Notes under the pieces: model-generated
Database searches by the model: none
The model's input: the letters and a program-made list of their open reading frames with translations, nothing else
Told to the model about the DNA's origin: nothing
Translations under genes and position numbers: made by a program
Shown here: positions 29,034-32,000 of the stretch, in pieces
How positions within the stretch are numbered: position 1 is the first letter of the stretch
Layout: every line of letters begins with the position of its first letter
Assembly (NCBI GenBank): GCA_943369355.1
Contig: CALRMX020000004.1
Span: 347,654-379,653, forward strand
Source of the DNA: Chitinophaga pinensis
Lineage (GTDB): Bacteria; Bacteroidota; Bacteroidia; UBA7662
Length of the DNA: 32,000 nt
Reading direction: 5' to 3'

Positions 29034-32000
29034 CTATCTCGATAAATACACGTAACCCGTAAGTGGCCGTAAGCCATCACCCAAATCAACTACGTAGAAA
29101 TATGTTCCATTTATTAATGGTCCATTAAAATTGGTATTAGAAATTCCTTCAAATCGGTTTTCATAAGGCTGTTGTTCAAAAACCAAACTACCAGCTCTGT
29201 TGAATAGGCTAACTTTTGTGTTAGGATACTTTTCTATTCCTCGAATGAAGAAGAAATCATTTATGTTGTCCCCGTTCGGGCTAATACCTTGGGGAATTAG
29301 CACTTCGCATTCGCGCAAATCAACTACCAAGGTATCAATTCGATTACAATAGCCCTCTTGCTCTATTCTCACCGTAATGAAACCGAAACCATCAGGGCCT
29401 AAATCCGGCACTATGAGCATACGACCAGTACCTATAACTTCCAAAGAATCATACCAGGTTACCTGTACAGAATCAGATGCCATTATTTCGATCCGGCTTC
29501 CTTCACATACATCTCGCAAATTAGGAAGGGAGTACTTAACAGCACTCTTTCGTTCTATTTTCGTAATAATTAATGAATCACATCCACCAGCTGCTATTAA
29601 AGTGTCCACATAAGTACCAGGCAAAGTCACCGAGTTTCCATTCGGAAGAATATGGCTTTCTCCTTCACATAGTTGAATCACCAAGGCAATTTCCTTGCGG
29701 CTAGTAACTTCCAAATTGAGTATCACCACAGAATCACAGCCAAACCTATTTATTAAGTCGACATAATAAGTGCCTGATAGACTAAAAGTGCTATCACCCA
29801 CTGAAAACTGTTCACCAAAACATATCACACGATTAAGATGAACCGTGTCAGGTGTATTTACAGTTAATTGCAGAACAACTAGAGAATCGCAGCCAAATTG
29901 GTTATCCAATAAAACACTAAATAGTCCCGAATTGTCAAAACTCTGATTTCCAACCCAAACACTATCACCAAGACAAATTGTTTGAATAAGCCTAGTTGTG
30001 TCTTGCCGAATTTGGTTTATTACTAAGGTCACAACCGAATCACAACCATATATATTTTTCAGGTTGATTGAATACACACCCGGCATGGTAAAACTCTGAT
30101 TTGCAACAACCAAGGTGTCACCCAGACAAATGCCCCTAGACAAGAGAATAGAATCAGTCGGTTGAACAGTTAGATTCAACGTTACAATTGAATCACACCC
30201 CACTACCGATAATAGGCGTACTACATACGTTCCGGAAGAATCGAAAAAATGATGACCAACCTGATATTTCTCACCAGAACAAATGCTTGTTTGTAATTGC
30301 GTTAATATTTGAGGACGAACATCTAAACTCAGCACGACGAATGAATCACAATCGTTAATATTTTTCAATGTTACAGGGTAAACTCCTGCTTGACTAAAGC
30401 CAGTTTGTCCAACAAAAAGAGAATCTCCTTGACATATCTGTGCAAAAACTGAATCTCGATGTACTTGCTTTTGCACAAGCTCTAACACCACGATAGAGTC
30501 ACAGCCTGTTGAATTGGAATAATTAAGTGTGTACGTGCCAGGTGCTCTAAAAACTTGATTGGCCAAATTCAAACTATCTCCGAAACAAATTGATTCATGA
30601 ATAAATAGCGTATCGGGCCCCAATTCCTCTAAAATCAAAAAAATCAAGGAATCACACGCGTTACTTCCCTGTATGCTTATGGGATAAACTCCAGGTTGAG
30701 AATAAAAATTACCAGCAAATTCAATTCTACTTCCTCTACAAACACGCGCAAGTCTACTAATAGTATTGGATTGCGTTGTTTCTACTAGACCATCCAGTTT
30801 AACAAACGTTACAGCCGCTCCTGTAGAGTCGCGTAGGGTGCTCGAATTGTTCCACGATAATATCCCAGAATTGCTCACTATGAACCTTAAGGTCAATAGA
30901 TTACCATCAGTTAAATTGAATGTAGATGTTGAATTCCACCTTATTTCCAAACCATTCGAAGGCATTACCCTTGCAACTTGGGCAAGACCGTGGTTGTTTG
31001 CCAACGAGAAGTCCAAATAAGTAAACGACAGCGAATCATAGTTCAGCAAAAGCTCTAAAGAAGATACATTATTAGCCCCCGTTACTACTACAGGAATTTC
31101 TATTGTATCGCCAATGCAAGGCAATGTAATCCCATACGCCGAGGCAATACTCCTTGCCGAAATCGTTGTGATAGCACTCGGCGCTATTTGGATGCGCATG
31201 GCTGAAGAAGTATCACTCTGCGCACATTCCGCAAATGCTATTGCACGATAAATTGAGCCGTTGAGGGTGATGGGTAGGTTTCGAAGTTGTAGAACATTGT
31301 GATTTGCTCCATGATGTATGCCATCATTTCGCACATTTTGCCAAACCAAACCTGTCCATTGTTGCCATTGAATCTGACGTAGACTACTACCTTGTATAGT
31401 CAAGTTCAACGTACCACCTTGTATAGCAAAATTGACAGCAGGCGATTGAGTTGAAATAACAGGGACAGATGGCGAAGCGGCAGCAATGGTCACCGTGTCT
31501 GAAAAGCGAAAACATCCACTTTGAGAATTAATCCTTAGCTGATAAATTCCGGGTAAGGCAGCATATAACGTTTCTTGTGTTTGGCCATTCATTAATTGGC
31601 CATTTACAAACCATTGATATGCGTTTCCAGCATGATTTGCAATAGAACTTCTCAGCAATACAGAATCGCCCGTACACAATGCAGTATTGCCATTAACGAC
31701 TAATGCGAAAGATGTAGCATCGAAGAATTCAAAGTATGCCGAATCACTTAATGTTAAACAACCTGTTGAATTCGTGTAACCCAATTGATAATATCCTGAT
31801 AATCTAGCCACATAATTCCTGGTATTCGCTCCTTGAATTGCAAGTCCATTTCGGAACCATTGAAAACCACCTGAACCAGATGTGTTTGTAGACAATACGA
31901 CTGAATCAATTCTGCAAATAATACCTGTAGGAGCAGATGATTGAATTATAGGCCTCACTCGTGGAACAACAGTCAGAACCATGTTAATGGTCGAATCACA
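29034..32000 (-). CDS. Very large T9SS type-B CTD surface protein; its 5' end lies beyond the window
   Basis: The frame stays open to nt 32000 (…CDSTINMVLTVV), so the M at 31982 is internal. There are eight 51-aa Cys modules. The C-terminus is LIPQGISPNGDNINDFFFIRGIEKYPN..VSLFNRAGSLVF...GTYFYVVDL. Confidence 0.85.
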   Translation of the reverse strand, partial: CDSTINMVLTVVPRVRPIIQSSAPTGIICRIDSVVLSTNTSGSGGFQWFRNGLAIQGANTRNYVARLSGYYQLGYTNSTGCLTLSDSAYFEFFDATSFALVVNGNTALCTGDSVLLRSSIANHAGNAYQWFVNGQLMNGQTQETLYAALPGIYQLRINSQSGCFRFSDTVTIAAASPSVPVISTQSPAVNFAIQGGTLNLTIQGSSLRQIQWQQWTGLVWQNVRNDGIHHGANHNVLQLRNLPITLNGSIYRAIAFAECAQSDTSSAMRIQIAPSAITTISARSIASAYGITLPCIGDTIEIPVVVTGANNVSSLELLLNYDSLSFTYLDFSLANNHGLAQVARVMPSNGLEIRWNSTSTFNLTDGNLLTLRFIVSNSGILSWNNSSTLRDSTGAAVTFVKLDGLVETTQSNTISRLARVCRGSRIEFAGNFYSQPGVYPISIQGSNACDSLIFLILEELGPDTLFIHESICFGDSLNLANQVFRAPGTYTLNYSNSTGCDSIVVLELVQKQVHRDSVFAQICQGDSLFVGQTGFSQAGVYPVTLKNINDCDSFVVLSLDVRPQILTQLQTSICSGEKYQVGHHFFDSSGTYVVRLLSVVGCDSIVTLNLTVQPTDSILLSRGICLGDTLVVANQSFTMPGVYSINLKNIYGCDSVVTLVINQIRQDTTRLIQTICLGDSVWVGNQSFDNSGLFSVLLDNQFGCDSLVVLQLTVNTPDTVHLNRVICFGEQFSVGDSTFSLSGTYYVDLINRFGCDSVVILNLEVTSRKEIALVIQLCEGESHILPNGNSVTLPGTYVDTLIAAGGCDSLIITKIERKSAVKYSLPNLRDVCEGSRIEIMASDSVQVTWYDSLEVIGTGRMLIVPDLGPDGFGFITVRIEQEGYCNRIDTLVVDLRECEVLIPQGISPNGDNINDFFFIRGIEKYPNTKVSLFNRAGSLVFEQQPYENRFEGISNTNFNGPLINGTYFYVVDLGDGLRPLTGYVYLSR

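Overview
This looks like a Bacteroidota chromosomal window. I infer that from type-B T9SS cargo genes, a PorP/SprF gene, exact TAnnTTTG -7 boxes and ECF sigma/partner pairs; I ran no database search. I can support about 30 CDS, mostly tightly packed.

Left third (+ strand, GC-rich): an AhpD-like protein, a secreted 34-aa-periodic repeat protein, two tandem LytS-type histidine kinases with a LytTR response regulator, a pentapeptide-repeat protein and a TPR protein.

Middle: a GSCFA protein, an ECF sigma factor with a TM/beta-barrel partner, a PepSY-like lipoprotein, then a hairpin- and repeat-dense locus holding a tRNA-Ser(CGA)-like gene and a small GIY-YIG nuclease ORF.

Right half (- strand): a Crp/Fnr, MBL-rhodanese and TauE sulfur module, then a T9SS block ordered cargo, PorP/SprF, OmpA/PD40, cargo.

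The most interesting signal is a five-gene + strand cluster at 13898-18735. It encodes a membrane-anchored protein whose cytoplasmic part is collinear with FliG middle and C-terminal domains, and whose periplasmic part ends in a FliF-like RGD/ring-building motif. It also encodes an outer-membrane barrel with a periplasmic domain, a TPR lipoprotein, and a MotA/MotB-type stator pair. No other flagellar gene is in the window. I read this as a candidate stand-alone rotor-stator, envelope-spanning machine, and I do not recognise it as a described system.

Second is the GIY-YIG cassette, which sits between 73-bp direct repeats. Each repeat carries the tRNA 5' end and its promoter box.

All homology statements come from motif recognition by eye and need profile or structure searches.
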